Source: Macrostomum lignano
Taxonomy: Eukaryota
DNA length: 64,000 bases
Direction: 5' to 3'
Assembly: GCA_002269645.1 (NCBI GenBank)
Contig: NIVC01001658.1
Span: forward strand, 66,139-130,138
Part shown: piece after piece, positions 1 to 13,300 of the stretch
How the letters are laid out: every line of letters starts with the position of its first letter
Position numbering within the stretch: the stretch's first letter is position 1
Made by a program: the position numbers and the translations under genes
The notes under the pieces: model-generated
Told to the model about the DNA's origin: nothing
Database searches by the model: none
Seen by the model: the letters and a program-made list of their open reading frames with translations, nothing else

Positions 1-862
1 TCACAACCAGACAGTTCGTAGCGTCACAACCAGACATTTCGTCGCGTCACAACCAGACAGTTCGTAGCGTCACAACCAGACAGTCCGTAGCGTCACAACC
101 AGACAGTTCGTAGCGTCACAACCAGACAGTTCGTAGCGTCACAACCAGACAGTTCGTGACGTCAAAATCAGACAGTCCGTAGCGTCACAACCAGACAGTC
201 CGTAGCGTCACAACCAGACAGTCCGTAGCGTCACAACTAGACAGTCCGTAGCGTCAAAACCAGACAGTTCGTAGCGTCACAACCAGACAGTCCGTAGCGT
301 CACAGCCAGACACTTCGTGACGTCACAACCAGACAGTCTGTAGCGTCACAACCCGACAGTCCGTAGCGTCACAACCAGACAGTCTGTAGCGTCACAACCA
401 GACGTCTGTAGCGCCACAACCAGACAGTCCGTAGCGTCACAACCAGACAGTCCATAGCGTCACAACCAGAGAGTCCGTAGCGTCACAACCAGAGAGTCCG
501 TAGCGTCACAACCAGACAGTCCGTAGCGTCACAACCAGACAGTCTGTGACGTCACAACCAGACAGTTCGTAGCGTCACAACCAGACAGTTCGTAGCGTCA
601 CAACCAGACAGTCCGTAGCGTCACAACCAGACTGAGACAGTTCGTAGCGTCACAACTAGACAGTCCGTAGCGTCACAACCAGACAGTCCGTGATGTCACA
701 AGCAACAGCTCACTAGATCACAACCTGACACTTCGTGACGTCACAAGCAACAGCTCACTAGATCACAACCTGACACTTCGTGACGTCACAAGCAACAGCT
801 CACTAGATCACAACCTGACACTTCGTGACGTCACAAGCAACAGCTCACTAGATCACAAGCGT
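1..862. repeat. 23-bp minisatellite TCACAACCAGACAGTYCGTAGCG, changing to a 45-bp unit at 696-862
   Basis: Unit starts at 1, 24, 47, 70...; 45-bp unit starts at 696, 741, 786, 831. Confidence 0.97.
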
Positions 863-913
863 AAGACAGAACTGTCATAACCAAACCGTTCACAACAACC
901 TATTATATTGCAG

Positions 914-1354
914 GTGACTCAGTCGCAGCTGAAACAGGTGAAAGAGCGCTTTCAGAATTTTCTCTGCGGTGACACCGGCATAGTGGCCGATGAAGCATTC
1001 AACAACGCCGTCCAGAGCTACTTCGAGGTGTTCCTGAAGTCCGACCGAGTAGCCAACATGGTTCGCGGCGGCGGATGTTCCATTCGAGACTTTCGCGAAG
1101 TGTTCAAAAACAATATCGAAAAGCGGGTTCGCTGTCTGCCAGAGATTGATGGCCTGAGCAAAGAGACCGTGCTGAGCTCGTGGATGGCCAAGTTCGATCA
1201 GATCTATCGCGGAGATGAAGACCCCAGACGGATTCAGAAGATGAACGCCAGTCAGAGTGAGCTGGTGCTGAGCAAAGAGCAGCTGTACGAGATGTTTCAG
1301 AATATCTTGTCCGTGAGAAAGTATGAGCACCAGATCATGTACAATGCGTGTCAG
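914..1354 (+). CDS. CADPS: CAPS exon 1 in window (VTQSQLKQ...YNACQ)
   Basis: ttgcag|GTG acceptor, CAG|gtgagt donor, 441 nt, phase 0/0. Confidence 0.96.
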
Positions 1355-4300
1355 GTGAGTCCCCCGGAATGAGTCCGAACTAATTTTGTTTGCATGATAC
1401 AGTTGCCCTTCGCACAATCGCCCTTCAGTAAGTGATGAGAATCGCCCTTAGATCAGTGATGAGAATCGCCCTCGAATCAGTGATGAGAATCGCCCTCAAG
1501 TCAGCGATGAGAATCGCCCTCGAATCAGCGATGAGAATCGCCCTCAAATAATTCAGTGATGAGAATCGCCCTCAAATAATTCAGTGATGAGAATCGCCCT
1601 CAAATAATTCAGTGATGAGAATCGCCCTCAAGTCAGTGATGAGAATCGCCCTCAAGTCAGTGATGAGAATCGCCCTCAAATAAGTCAGTGATGAGAATCA
1701 CCCTCAATTAATTCAGTGATGAGAATCGCCCTGAAGTCAGTGATGAGAATCGCCCTCAAATAAGTCAGTGATGAGAATCGCCCTTAGATCAGTGATGAGA
1801 ATCGCCCTCAAATAAGTCAGTGATGAGAATCGCCCTCAAGTCAGTGATGAGAATCGCCCTGAAGTCAGTGATGAGAATCGCCCTCAAATAAGTCAGTGAT
1901 GAGAATCGCCCTTAAATCAGTGATGAGAATCGCCCTCAATTAATTCAGTGATGAGAATCGCCCTCAAGTCAGTGATGAGAATCGCCGTCAAAAAAGTCAG
2001 TGATGAGAATCGCCCTTAAGTCAGTGATGAGAATCGCCCTGAAGTCAGTGATGAGAATCGCCCTCAAATAAGTCAGTGATGAGAATAGCCCTTAAATCAG
2101 TGATGAGAATCACCCTCAATTAATTCAGTGATGAGAATCGCCCTGAAGTCAGTGATGAGAATCGCCCTCAAATAAGTCAGTGATGAGAATCGCCCTTAGA
2201 TCAGTGATGAGAATCGCCCTCAAAAAAGTCAGTGATGAGAATTGCCCTCAAATAAGTCAGTGATGAGAATCGCCCTCAAATAAGTCAGTGATGAGAATCG
2301 CCCTCAAATAAGTCAGTGATGAGAATTGCCCTCAAATAAGTCAGTGATGAGAATCGCCCTAAAATAAGTCAGTGATGAGTATTGCCCTCAAATAAGTCAG
2401 TGATGAGAATCGCCCTCAAATAAGTCAGTGATGAGTATTGCCCTCAAATAAGTCAGTGATGAGAATCGCCCTCAAAAAGGTCAGTAATGAGAATCGCCCT
2501 CAAATAAGTCAGTGATGAGAATCGCCCTCAAATAAGTCAGTGATGAGAATTGCCCTCAAATAAGTCAGTGATGAGAATCGCCCTGAAGTCAGTGATGGGA
2601 ATCGCCCTGAAGTCAGTGATGAGAATCGCCCTGAAGACAGTGATGAGAATTGCCCTGAAGTCAGTGATGAGAATTGCCCTGAAGTCAGTGATGAGAATCG
2701 CCCTGAAGTCAGTGATGAAAATCGCCCTCAAGTCAGTGATGAGAATCGCCCTCAAATAAGTCAGTGATGAGAATCGCCCTGAATTCAGTGATGAGAATCG
2801 CCCTCAAATAAGTCAGTGATGAGAATCGCCCTTAGATCAGTGATGAGAATCGCCCTCAAATAAGTCAGTGATGAGAATTGCCCTCAAAAAAGTCAGTGAT
2901 GAGAATCGCCCTCAAATAAGTCAGTGATGAGAATTGCCCTCAAATAAGTCAGTGATGAGAATCGCCCTAAAATAAGTCAGTGATGAGTATTGCCCTCAAA
3001 TAAGTCAGTGATGAGAATCGCCCTCAAATAAGTCAGTGATGAGTATTGCCCTCAAATAAGTCAGTGATGAGAATCGCCCTTAAATAAGTCAGTAATGAGA
3101 GTCGCCCTCAAATAAGTCAGTGATGAGAATCGCCCTCAAATAAGTCAGTGATGAGAATCGCCCTGAAGTCAGTGATGAGAATCGCCCTGAAGTCAGTGAT
3201 GAGAATCGCCCTGAAGACAGTGATGAGAATTGCCCTGAAGTCAGTGATGAGAATTGCCCTGAAGTCAGTGATGAGAATCGCCCTGAAGTCAGTGATGAAA
3301 ATCGCCCTCAAGTCAGTGATGAGAATCGCCCTCAAATAAGTCAGTGATGAGAATCGCCCTGAAGTCAGTGATGAGAATCGCCCTCAAGTCAGTGATGAGA
3401 ATCGCCTTCAAACCAAGCATGAGAATCGCCCTGAAGTCAGTGATGAGAATCGCCCTGAAGTCAGTGATAAGAATTGCCCTCAAGTCAGTGATGAGAATCG
3501 CCCTGAAGTCAGTGATGAGAATCGCCCTCAAGTCAGTGATGAGAATCGCCCTGAAGTCAGTGATGAGAATCGCCCTCAAGTCAGTGATGAGAATCGCCCT
3601 CAAGTCAGTGATGAGAATCGCCCTGAAGTCAGTGATGAGAATCGCCCTCAAGTCAGTGATGAGAATCGCCCTGAAGTCAGTGATGAGAATCGCTCTCAAG
3701 TCAGTGATGAGAATCGCCCTGAAGTCAGTGATGAGAATCGCCCTCAAGTCAGTGATGAGAATCGCCCTGAAGTCAGTGATGAGAATCGCCCTCAAATAAG
3801 TCAGTGATGAGAATCGCCCTCAAGTCAGTGATGAGAATCGCCCTGAAGTCAGTGATGAGAATCGCCCTCAGATCAGTGATGAGAATCGCCCTGAAGTCAG
3901 TGATGAGAATCGCCCTGAAGTCAGTGATGAGAATCGCCCTCAAGTCAGTGATGAGAATCGCCCTCAAGTCAGTGATGAGAATCGCCCTGAAGTCAGTGAT
4001 GAGAATCGCCCTCAAATAAGTCAGTGATGAGAATCGCCCTCAAGTCAGTGATGAGAATCGCCCTGAAGTCAGTGATGAGAATCGCCCTCAAGTCAGTGAT
4101 GAGAATCGCCCTGAAGTCAGTGATGAGAATCGCCCTGAAGTCAGTGATGAGAATCGCCCTCAAGTCAGTGATGAGAATCGCCCTGAAGTCAGTGATGAGA
4201 ATCGCCCTGAAGTCAGTGATGAGAATCGCCCTCAAGTCAGTGATGAGAATCGCCCTGAAGTCAGTGATGAGAATCGCCCTGAAGTCAGTGATGAGAATCG

Positions 4301-7300
4301 CCCTCAAGTCAGTGATGAGAATCGCCCTGAAGTCAGTGATGAGAATCACCCTCAGATCAGTGATGAGAATCGCCCTCAAGTCAGTGATGAGAATCGCCCT
4401 GAAGTCAGTGATGAGAATCACCCTCAGATCAGTGATGAGAATCGCCCTGAAGTCAGTGATGAGAATCGCCCTGAAGTCAGTGATGAGAATCGCCCTGAAG
4501 TCAGTGATGAGAATCGCCCTGAAGTCAGTGATGAGAATCACCCTCAGATCAGTGATGAGAATCGCCCTCAAGTCAGTGATGAGAATCGCCCTGAAGTCAG
4601 TGATGAGAATCACCCTCAGATCAGTGATGAGAATCGCCCTGAAGTCAGTGATGAGAATCACCTTCGCAATTTTGCAGATATTGAAAAAATAACCAGTTGG
4701 ATAAAAACTGTTTTTAGACTCTTATTAGATGAGCTTTCGGCTGCCTAAGAGTTTAGTGGGAGCAAGAAAACTAGAATAATCCCGGTGAATCCGATTATGA
4801 TTGAGTTGGGATTTAATTTTTTTTCAAAGAATTATTCTTTCTTGCCTTTTGAAAATGTCTCAGAGCTCGGATAAGCATAGGTGTTTTTTTCTTTCGTGTC
4901 ACTTGTGTCAGCTTATGAAATATTCAATGTCCATTATTGCTTAGATAAGCTTGTCATTATTTTTTCTAACCTGAGAAAAAGCTGCAAAAATCTTGATTGA
5001 TTCTGTGCTGGAGGATTTTGTCTCGATCTAATCTTTTTGAGATTCGATTGGTTAATAAACATAAGGAGGAAGTCTATTTAACAAAATAATTTTTGAATGC
5101 CAAGGCGGATATACTGAAAAAGATACATTTTTCGAACCGGGAGAGACTGAGAGATGGAAGCTTAGAGGATGAGAAATGAAAGCTCAGAGGCTGAGAAATG
5201 GAAGCTCAGAGGCTGAGAAATGGAAGCTCAGAGACTGAGAGATGGCAGCTCAGAGGCTGAGAAATGGCAGCTCAGAGGCTGAGAAATGGCAGCTCAGAGA
5301 CTGAGAGATGGTAGCTCGGAGGCTGAGAAATGGAAGCTCAGAGACTGAGAGATGGCAGCTCAGAGGCTGAGAAATGGCAGCTCAGAGGCTGAGAAATGGA
5401 AGCTCAGAGACTGAGAGATGGTAGCTCGGAGGCTGAGAAATGGAAGCTCAGAGACTGAGAGATGGTAGCTCGGAGGCTGAGAAATGGAAGCTCAGAGACT
5501 GAGAGATGGTAGCTCGGAGGCTGAGAAATGGAAGCTCAGAGACTGAGAGATGGTAGCTCGGAGGCTGAGAAATGGAAGCTCAGAGACTGAGAGATGGTAG
5601 CTCGGAGGCTGAGAAATGGAAGCTCAGAGACTGAGAGATGGTAGCTCGGAGGCTGAGAAATGGAAGCTCAGAGACTGAGAGATGGTAGCTCAGAGGCTGA
5701 GAAATGGTAGCTCAGAGGCTGAGAAATGGCAGCTCAGAGGCTGAGAAATGGCAGCTCAGAGGCTGAGAAATGGCAGCTCAAAGGCTGAGAAATGGCAGCT
5801 CAGAGGCTGAGAAATGGCAGCTCAGAGGCTGAGACACGGAAGCTCAGAGGCTAAGTGATGGAAGGAAAAGAGACTAAGAGCCTCTCTTCCATTGTTTATA
5901 ATGACTATTGCAGCAATTTTCCGTGAGTAAATTTCAAAATCCAGAATCGAAAAAAATCCCAATAAATTGATAAATGAAGCTTAGGCACCGCAGATGAATT
6001 TAATAATAAATCTGCAGATTACAGACCTAGAATATAAGTGATTAATCACGATTATTCCTAACTGCTGGGCCTAAATGAGTGCCTGGAAGCGGTTTTTATC
6101 CACATCGGAGTGTATTTGTTCTGGGTGAGCCGCAGGGAAGAGGGTCAATCATTTAGGGATAAATACTGAATGCAGTCGCTGCTTACCAACTGATTTTGCC
6201 TCGCCTTAGTTTTCTTTCGTTTCTGTGCGTGCTCTGAAATCAAATTGCTTTTTTATCCTTCTGTATATGAAATGCACCCTCAGATCAGTGATGAGAATCG
6301 CCCTCAAATCAGTGATGAGAATCGCCCTCAAATCAGTGATGAGAATCGCCCTCAGATCAGTGATGAGAATCGCCCTCAGATCAGTGATGAGAATCGCCCT
6401 CAGATCAGTGATGAGAATCGCCCTCAGATCAGTGATGAGAATCGCCCTCAGATCAGTGATGAGAATCGCCCTCAAATAAGTCAGTGATGAGAATCGCCCT
6501 CAAATAAGTCAGTGATGAGAATCGCCCTCAAATAAGTCAGTGATGAGAATCGCCCTCAAATAAGTCAGTGATGAGAATCGCCCTCAGATCAGTGATGAGA
6601 ATCGCCCTCAGAGCAGTGATGAGAATCGCCCTCAGATCAGTGATGAGAATCGCCCTTAGATCAGTGATGAGAATCGCCCTCAGATCAGTGATGAGAATCG
6701 CCCTTAGATCAGTGATGAGAATCGCCCTCAAATAAGTCAGTGATGAGAATCGCCCTCAAATAAGTCAGTGATGAGAATCGCCCTCAGATCAGTGATGAGA
6801 ATCGCCCTCAGATCAGTGATGAGAATTGCCCTTAGATCAGTGATGAGAATCGCCCTTAGATCAGTGATGAGAATCGCCCTCAGATCAGTGATGAGAATCG
6901 CCCTTGAGTCAGGGATGAGAATCGCCCTCGAATCAGTGATGAGAATCGCCCTCAAATCAGTGATGAGAATCGCCCTCAGATCAGTGATGAGAATCGCCCT
7001 CAGATCAGTGATGAGAATCGCCCTTAGATCAGTGATGAGAATCGCCCTTGAGTCAGGGATGAGAATCGCCCTCAAATCAGTGATGAGAATCGCCCTCAGG
7101 TCAGGGATGAGAATCGCCCTCAGATCAGTGATGAGAATCGCCCTCAGATCAGTGATGAGAATCGCCCTTAGATCAGTGATGAGAATCGCCCTCAGGTCAG
7201 GGATGAGAATCGCCCTCAGATCAGTGATGAGAATCGCCCTCAGATTAGTGATGAGAATCGCCCTCAAATCAGTGATGAGAATCGCCCCCAAAAATCAGTG

Positions 7301-10300
7301 ATGAGAATCGCCCTCAAATCAGTGATGAGAATCGCCCTCAAAAATCAGTGATGAGAATCGCCCTCAGATCATTGATGATAATCGCCCTCAAATCAGTGAT
7401 GAAAATCGCCCTCAAATCAATCATGAGAATCGCCCTCAGATCAGTGATGAGAATCGCCCGCAGAAAACATTCGTGTCAGGGGCTTATCTTTTATCTGGGC
7501 GCGTTAAATTTGGATCTATATACATGAGGTAAACGCAGCGAGCTTTTAACATATAGTTACGCTCATAAAAATGATCGTCATCCTCTTATTAAAGCCCCGA
7601 GCTGGCACGCTAGCAGAGTAAAATCATTGCAGACACGGAGAATGAAACTGAAGGGGAAAGCGGGTTAGAGGGGAGAGAGGATAGAGAGCAGAGGGAGGAC
7701 GTAGACGAGATGGAGTGGATTTCTGTCCCAGTCTCCTGACATTGGGAACGAACGACGACAGGCTCAAGCCTACTCATATTGTGTTGCGCGTATCTGAGCA
7801 GAGACCCAATATTCTATATATAGTCAGTATTATCTTCATCAGAAATCCAGTGCAGTATACAATTTAGGCGTGTCTAAAATTGCGCAGTCTTTAAGATTTT
7901 TGATGGCAGGTCATATATCTTTATAATAAGACTAGTGGATTAAACTTACTAATTATAAGATTTCTAAGAACGAGTTTGAAGACAGAGTAGCCCATCACAT
8001 ACTTGGCGATGAGAAAGTCAGGACAACTTGTACACTCTGTGTGAGCTGGCTTAGTGGCCAAGCAGAATAGGGCATGACTGCTATGGAATGAGCTAAATGG
8101 TACACTCGATCAGATTCGTTCCAGCAGTGTCGGTGTCCGCAGCGTCCAGGAGAGTCCAGGAGGTGGTCGCTCGCCCAGTAGCCCTTGGCTAGCGGATGAG
8201 TTGGCAGAAATTCTCAGGTCTGAAAACGTCGGAGAGGTCCGGGTTTGGGCCGAGGTAGGTAAGCCTGTCCTGAGGGAGGCAGAACCATCAAATCCTCCAT
8301 CACGCGGTACAGAGGTACAACTAATTTATCATATAATTCGTTCACCTTGAACGGCATCATCAAAGCCATGTAAGGCGTGGATAAACATCATTCTTAGGCT
8401 CATGTGGTACACACTTCATCGACATTTCGACTGTAAATAAATCAGTGAGACACGCATGTTGGACTGCCTGCAGACTCGTGCAGTGTCGAATCTTCATTGA
8501 AGAGGGCATATATGGGGCGATGCGAGGTTGCCTCCCGCTGAGGGGTTTCGGAAGACCTCAAAAGAGAGGACAGAGCTCTTGCCAGCCGCTGTAAGAATTC
8601 TCGTCTGCACTCGCCAGGTCACAGACTAACAGCCTGCACGCTTCTCTTCCCATCTAGATTCTTGCTCCCCGAGTTTGCTGCCCGCGTTCCTGCTGTTGTT
8701 GGATAGCATAGATGACGGCTTTAGGCTAATAAGCCTTTGAGGAGGGAGGCAAGGGCGAAAGGTCAAAGACGGGCTTTTGGGCAGAGCGGACTCGCTCAAT
8801 AAGCCTTGCGGCCCCTTCAACTCGCGTCGGATTCCGCTTCTGCGAGGGGTTAGGGCTTCGGGATAGTGCGCTAGGATTATTTTTGAATCTCCCTGTCGCT
8901 TCTTTTGACCTGTCTGCGCGCATTGATTTTTGTCTTCTTTGCCTTCTCTCTGTAGTTCGTTGGCTTGCTTATTCTGCCTCTCTAAGCTGCTTCTGCTAGC
9001 TTCCTAAGAGTCATAAGACCTGCTTGCCTGTCTGTGCGTTTGTCTTGGTTGTGTCTAAGTGTCTGCCTTAGTGTCTGTCTATGCGTCAAAGTGTCACTCT
9101 AAGTGTCTGTCTCAGTGTGTCTTAGTTTCTGTCTTAGCGTGTATCTTAGTGTCTGTGCTAGTGTGTCGTAGTGTCTGTCTTAGTGTCTGTCTTAGTGTCT
9201 GTCTTAGTGTCTGTCTTAGTGTCTGTCTTAGTGTCTGTCTTAGTGTCTGTCCTAGTGTGTCTTGGTTGTCTGTCTAAGTGTATGTCTTAGTGTCTGTCCT
9301 AGTGTGTCTTAGTGTCAGTTATAGTGTCTGTCTTAGTGTCTGTCTTAGTGTCTGTCCTAGTGTCTGTTTAGTGTCTGTCTTAGTGTCTGTCTTAGTGTCT
9401 GTCCTAGTGTCTGTCCTAGTGTCTGTCCTAGTGTCTGTCTTAGTGTCTGTCTTAGTGTCTGTCCTAGTGTGTCTTAGTGTGTCTTAGTGTCTGTCCTAGT
9501 GTCTGTCTTAGTGTCTGTCCTAGTGTCTGTCCTAGTGTCTGTCCTAGTGTCTGTCTTAGTGTCTGTCTTAGTGTCTGTCCTAGTGTGTCTTAGTGTGTCT
9601 TAGTGTCTGTCCTAGTGTCTGTCTTAGTGTCTGTCTTAGTGTCTGTCTTAGTGTCTGTTTAGTGTCTGTCTTAGTGTGTCTTAGTATCTGTCTTAGTGTC
9701 TGTCTTAGTGTCTGTCTTAGTTTCTTAGTGTCTGTCTTAGTGTCTGTCCTAGTGTCTGTCCTAGTGTCTGTCCTAGTGTCTGTCTTAGTGTCTGTCCTAG
9801 TGTCTGTCTTAGTGTCTGTCCTAGTGTGTCTTAGTGTCTGTCTTAGTATCTGTCCTAGTGTCTGTCTTAGGGTCTGTCTTAGTGTGGGTCTGAATGTCTG
9901 TCTTAGTGTGGGTCTGAATGTCTGTCTTAGTGTATGTCTGAGTGTGTCTTGCTGTGTGTCTATTGTCTTAGTGTGTCATTGGTGCTTGAAAGTGTTTTAT
10001 TACTCTATGAAGTGCTAAATCTTCTGTTTGTTAACGCTGAGAAGTTCTGGGAATTTCTTCCAAAAATGCTTTCAGGAATGTCTGTCCGCTTATTTTGTTT
10101 CTAATTTAGTCCTCTGTCTGCGTTTTCGTCTACAGTTGTGCTTGACGGTGCCACTTCAGAGGACATCAAAGGGTTTTTAGCAGATGTCGTTGAGCCTTTG
10201 CAGTGCTGAAGTTTTATAAGAAAAAAAAGGTTGCACAAGAAATTTTTGTATCGCATTTGCGAAACACCTGATGATTTTTGCAGTTATTTTACCAATCATT

Positions 10301-13300
10301 CATCTTAATAAGCGTCCCATTCGTTTATTGTTTTTACATCGTTTTTTTCTTCACTTTTTTACAGCTCGACAATTTAGACGAGCAGGCTGCTCAAGTCAGA
10401 CGAGAACTCGACGGTCGACTAACCATGTACGAGGACATGGTTAAGGTGAGATTAAGGGTGCACTTCAGTTTTATCAAATTATTAAAATTGGGTTATTGTA
10501 GTTTCGGTGGCAACATCAAAGGATTTAAATTTTTGGGTTATCAGGGCCGTTACAGAACCGGCGGCAACATCAAAGGATTTTAATTTTTGCCTTATCAGGG
10601 CCGTTACAGAACCGGCGGCAACATCAAAGGATTTAAATTTTTGGGTTATCAGGGCCGTTACAGAACCGGCGGCAACATCAAAGGATTTTACTTTGCCTTA
10701 TCAGGGCCGTTACAGAACCGGCGGCAACATCAAAGGATTTTAATTTTGGGTTATCAGGGCCATTGCAGAGCCGGTGGAAATTTCAAAGGACTTTTAATTT
10801 TTGGGTTATCAGGGCCATTACAGAGCCGGTGGCAACTTCAAAGGATTTTAAATTTTTGGGTTTTCAGGGCCATTACAGAGCCGGCGGCAACTTCAAAGGA
10901 TTTTTACATTTTGGGTTATCAGGACTTTTGTAGTGTTGGAAGAATTAAAGTATTTTTAATGTTTTTGATTTGCAGAACCGAAAATTTCCCAAGTTCGTCG
11001 TTAAAGACATGGAGCCACTCTATTACGAGGAGGTGAAATCCGCAATAAACCTTCTAATGACCAACCTGGAGAGTGTGCCGGTAACCAAGGGCAACCAGGA
11101 CACCAAACTGATTGGTCAAAAGCCAAAGAAGCACCAGAAAGGCGCATCTAGCGGCCAGGGGGACGCTGATGTGGACACCAGCTTCTCTCGGAGTAGCATT
11201 CATCTGAACTTCTCTATTGAGGTTTGCTATTGTTTTTCTGATCTGATTGGGCGCCATCTTTACTGATTGAGGCGCCAACTTCACTGATTGAGGCGCCAAC
11301 TTCATTGATTGAGGCGCCAACTTCACTGATTTGGGCGCCAACTTCACTGATTAAGGTGCCAACTTCACTGATTGAGGCGCCAACTTTATTGATTTGGGCG
11401 CCAACTTCACTGATTGGGGTGTCAACTTCACTGTTTTTGGCGCCAACTTCACTGATTGAAGCGCCAACTTCATTGATTTGGGCGCCAACTTCACTGATTG
11501 GGGTGTCAACTTCACTGTTTTTGGCGCCAACTTCACTGATTGAAGCGCCATCTTCACTGATTGAGGCGCCAACTTTATTGATTTGGGCGCCAAATTCACT
11601 GTTTGGGGCGCCAAATTTATTAATTGCATCATATGAAACTATATTTATCTACTTCCATACATTGCGAAGGTCTTGTTGAACACTAAAGACAAACATGGGC
11701 ATGCGAGTACACCAGGAAGCTATAAGGGTACTTGCCTGCACTCGCGCGACTTTTCTTGCAAAAGAAGAGAGAACGCCGAGCTTTGCTTGTAACACCCACC
11801 CCTAGCCCCGCAAGAAGCCTGCTGCAGGTTGCTTTTTGACCAAAAATTCATCAATCATCGCTCTTTCTTCTCTACCCTTCTCTCTCTCTCTCGTCTGTCT
11901 TGAAACTTGAAATTCTTTGATCTACAGGCTAGAACGATTTGCATGCTAGCATATTTCTTTTGCTTCAAGCTACGACTTCTCAACTTTAATTTTCCATTTT
12001 CTTATTTGTGCTTTTTTTCTCCGCATGTCTTTACTGCGTTTCATTTTCTTTTGATGTTGATTTTGTCTTTCTATGATTGGCTAGATTCTATTATGTCTAT
12101 CTTTAATTTTCCTTGCCATTGCTTTTCGCATCTCAACATCCCTCATCTCCCATCCCTCATCTCCGATCCCTCATCTCCCATCCCTCATCTCCCATCCCTC
12201 ATCTCCGATCCCTCATCTCCCATCCCTCATCTCCGATCCCTCATCTCCCATCCCTCATCTCCGATCCCTCATCTCCCATCCCTCATCTCCCATCCCTCAT
12301 CTCCGATCCCTCATCTCCCATCCCTCATCTCCCATCCCTCATCTCCGATCCCTCATCTCCCATCCCTCATCTCCGATCCCTCATCTCCCATCCCTCATCT
12401 CCGATCCCTCATCTCCCATCCCTCATCTCCCATCCCTCATCTCCGATCCCTCATCTCCCATCCCTCATCTCCGATCCCTCATCTCCGATCCCTCATCTCC
12501 CATCCCTCATCTCCGATCCTTCATCTCCCATCCCTCATCTCCGATCCCTCATCTCCCATCCCTCATCTCCGATCCCTCATCTCCCATCCCTCATCTCCCA
12601 TCCCTCATCTCCCATCCCTCATCTCTCCATCCCTCATCTCCCATCCCTCATCTCCCCATCCCTCATCTCTCCATCCCTCATCTCCCCATCCCTCATCTCC
12701 CATCCCTCATCTCCCATCCCTCATCTCCCATCCCTCATCTCCCATCCCTCATCTCCGATCCCTCATCTCCCATCCCTCATCTCCGATCCCTCATCTCCCA
12801 TCCCTCATCTCCCCATCCCTCATCTCCCATCCCTCATCTCCCATCCCTCATCTCCCATCCCTCATCTCCCATCCCTCATCTCCCATCCCTCATCTCCCAT
12901 CCCTCATCTCCCATCCCTCATCTCCCATCCCTCATCTCCCCATCCCTCATCTCCGATCCCTCACCTCCTATCCCTCATCTCCGATCCCTCATCTCCCATC
13001 CCTCATCTCCCCATCCCTCATCTCCCATCCCTCATCTCCCATCCCTCATCTCTCCATCCCTCATCTCCCATCCCTCATCTCCCATCCCTCATCTCCCATC
13101 CCTCATCTCTCCATCCCTCATCTCCCATCCCTCATCTCCCATCCCTCATCTCCCATCCCTCATCTCTCCATCCCTCATCTCCCATCCCTCATCTCACCAT
13201 CCCTCATCTCCCATCCCTCATCTCCCATCCCTCATCTCCCCATCCCTCATCTCCCATCCCTCATCTCCCATCCCTCATCTCCCATCCCTCATCTCCCATC

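Noticed and set aside
890-1417. 175-aa minus-strand ORF (likewise 18421-18828, 31957-32502, 54325-54684)
   Set aside because: These are antisense shadows of GC-rich coding exons.
2537-7301. MRIALKSV / RAILITD ORFs
   Set aside because: These are translations of the 24-bp minisatellite, open only because the unit is a multiple of 3 and lacks stops in those frames.
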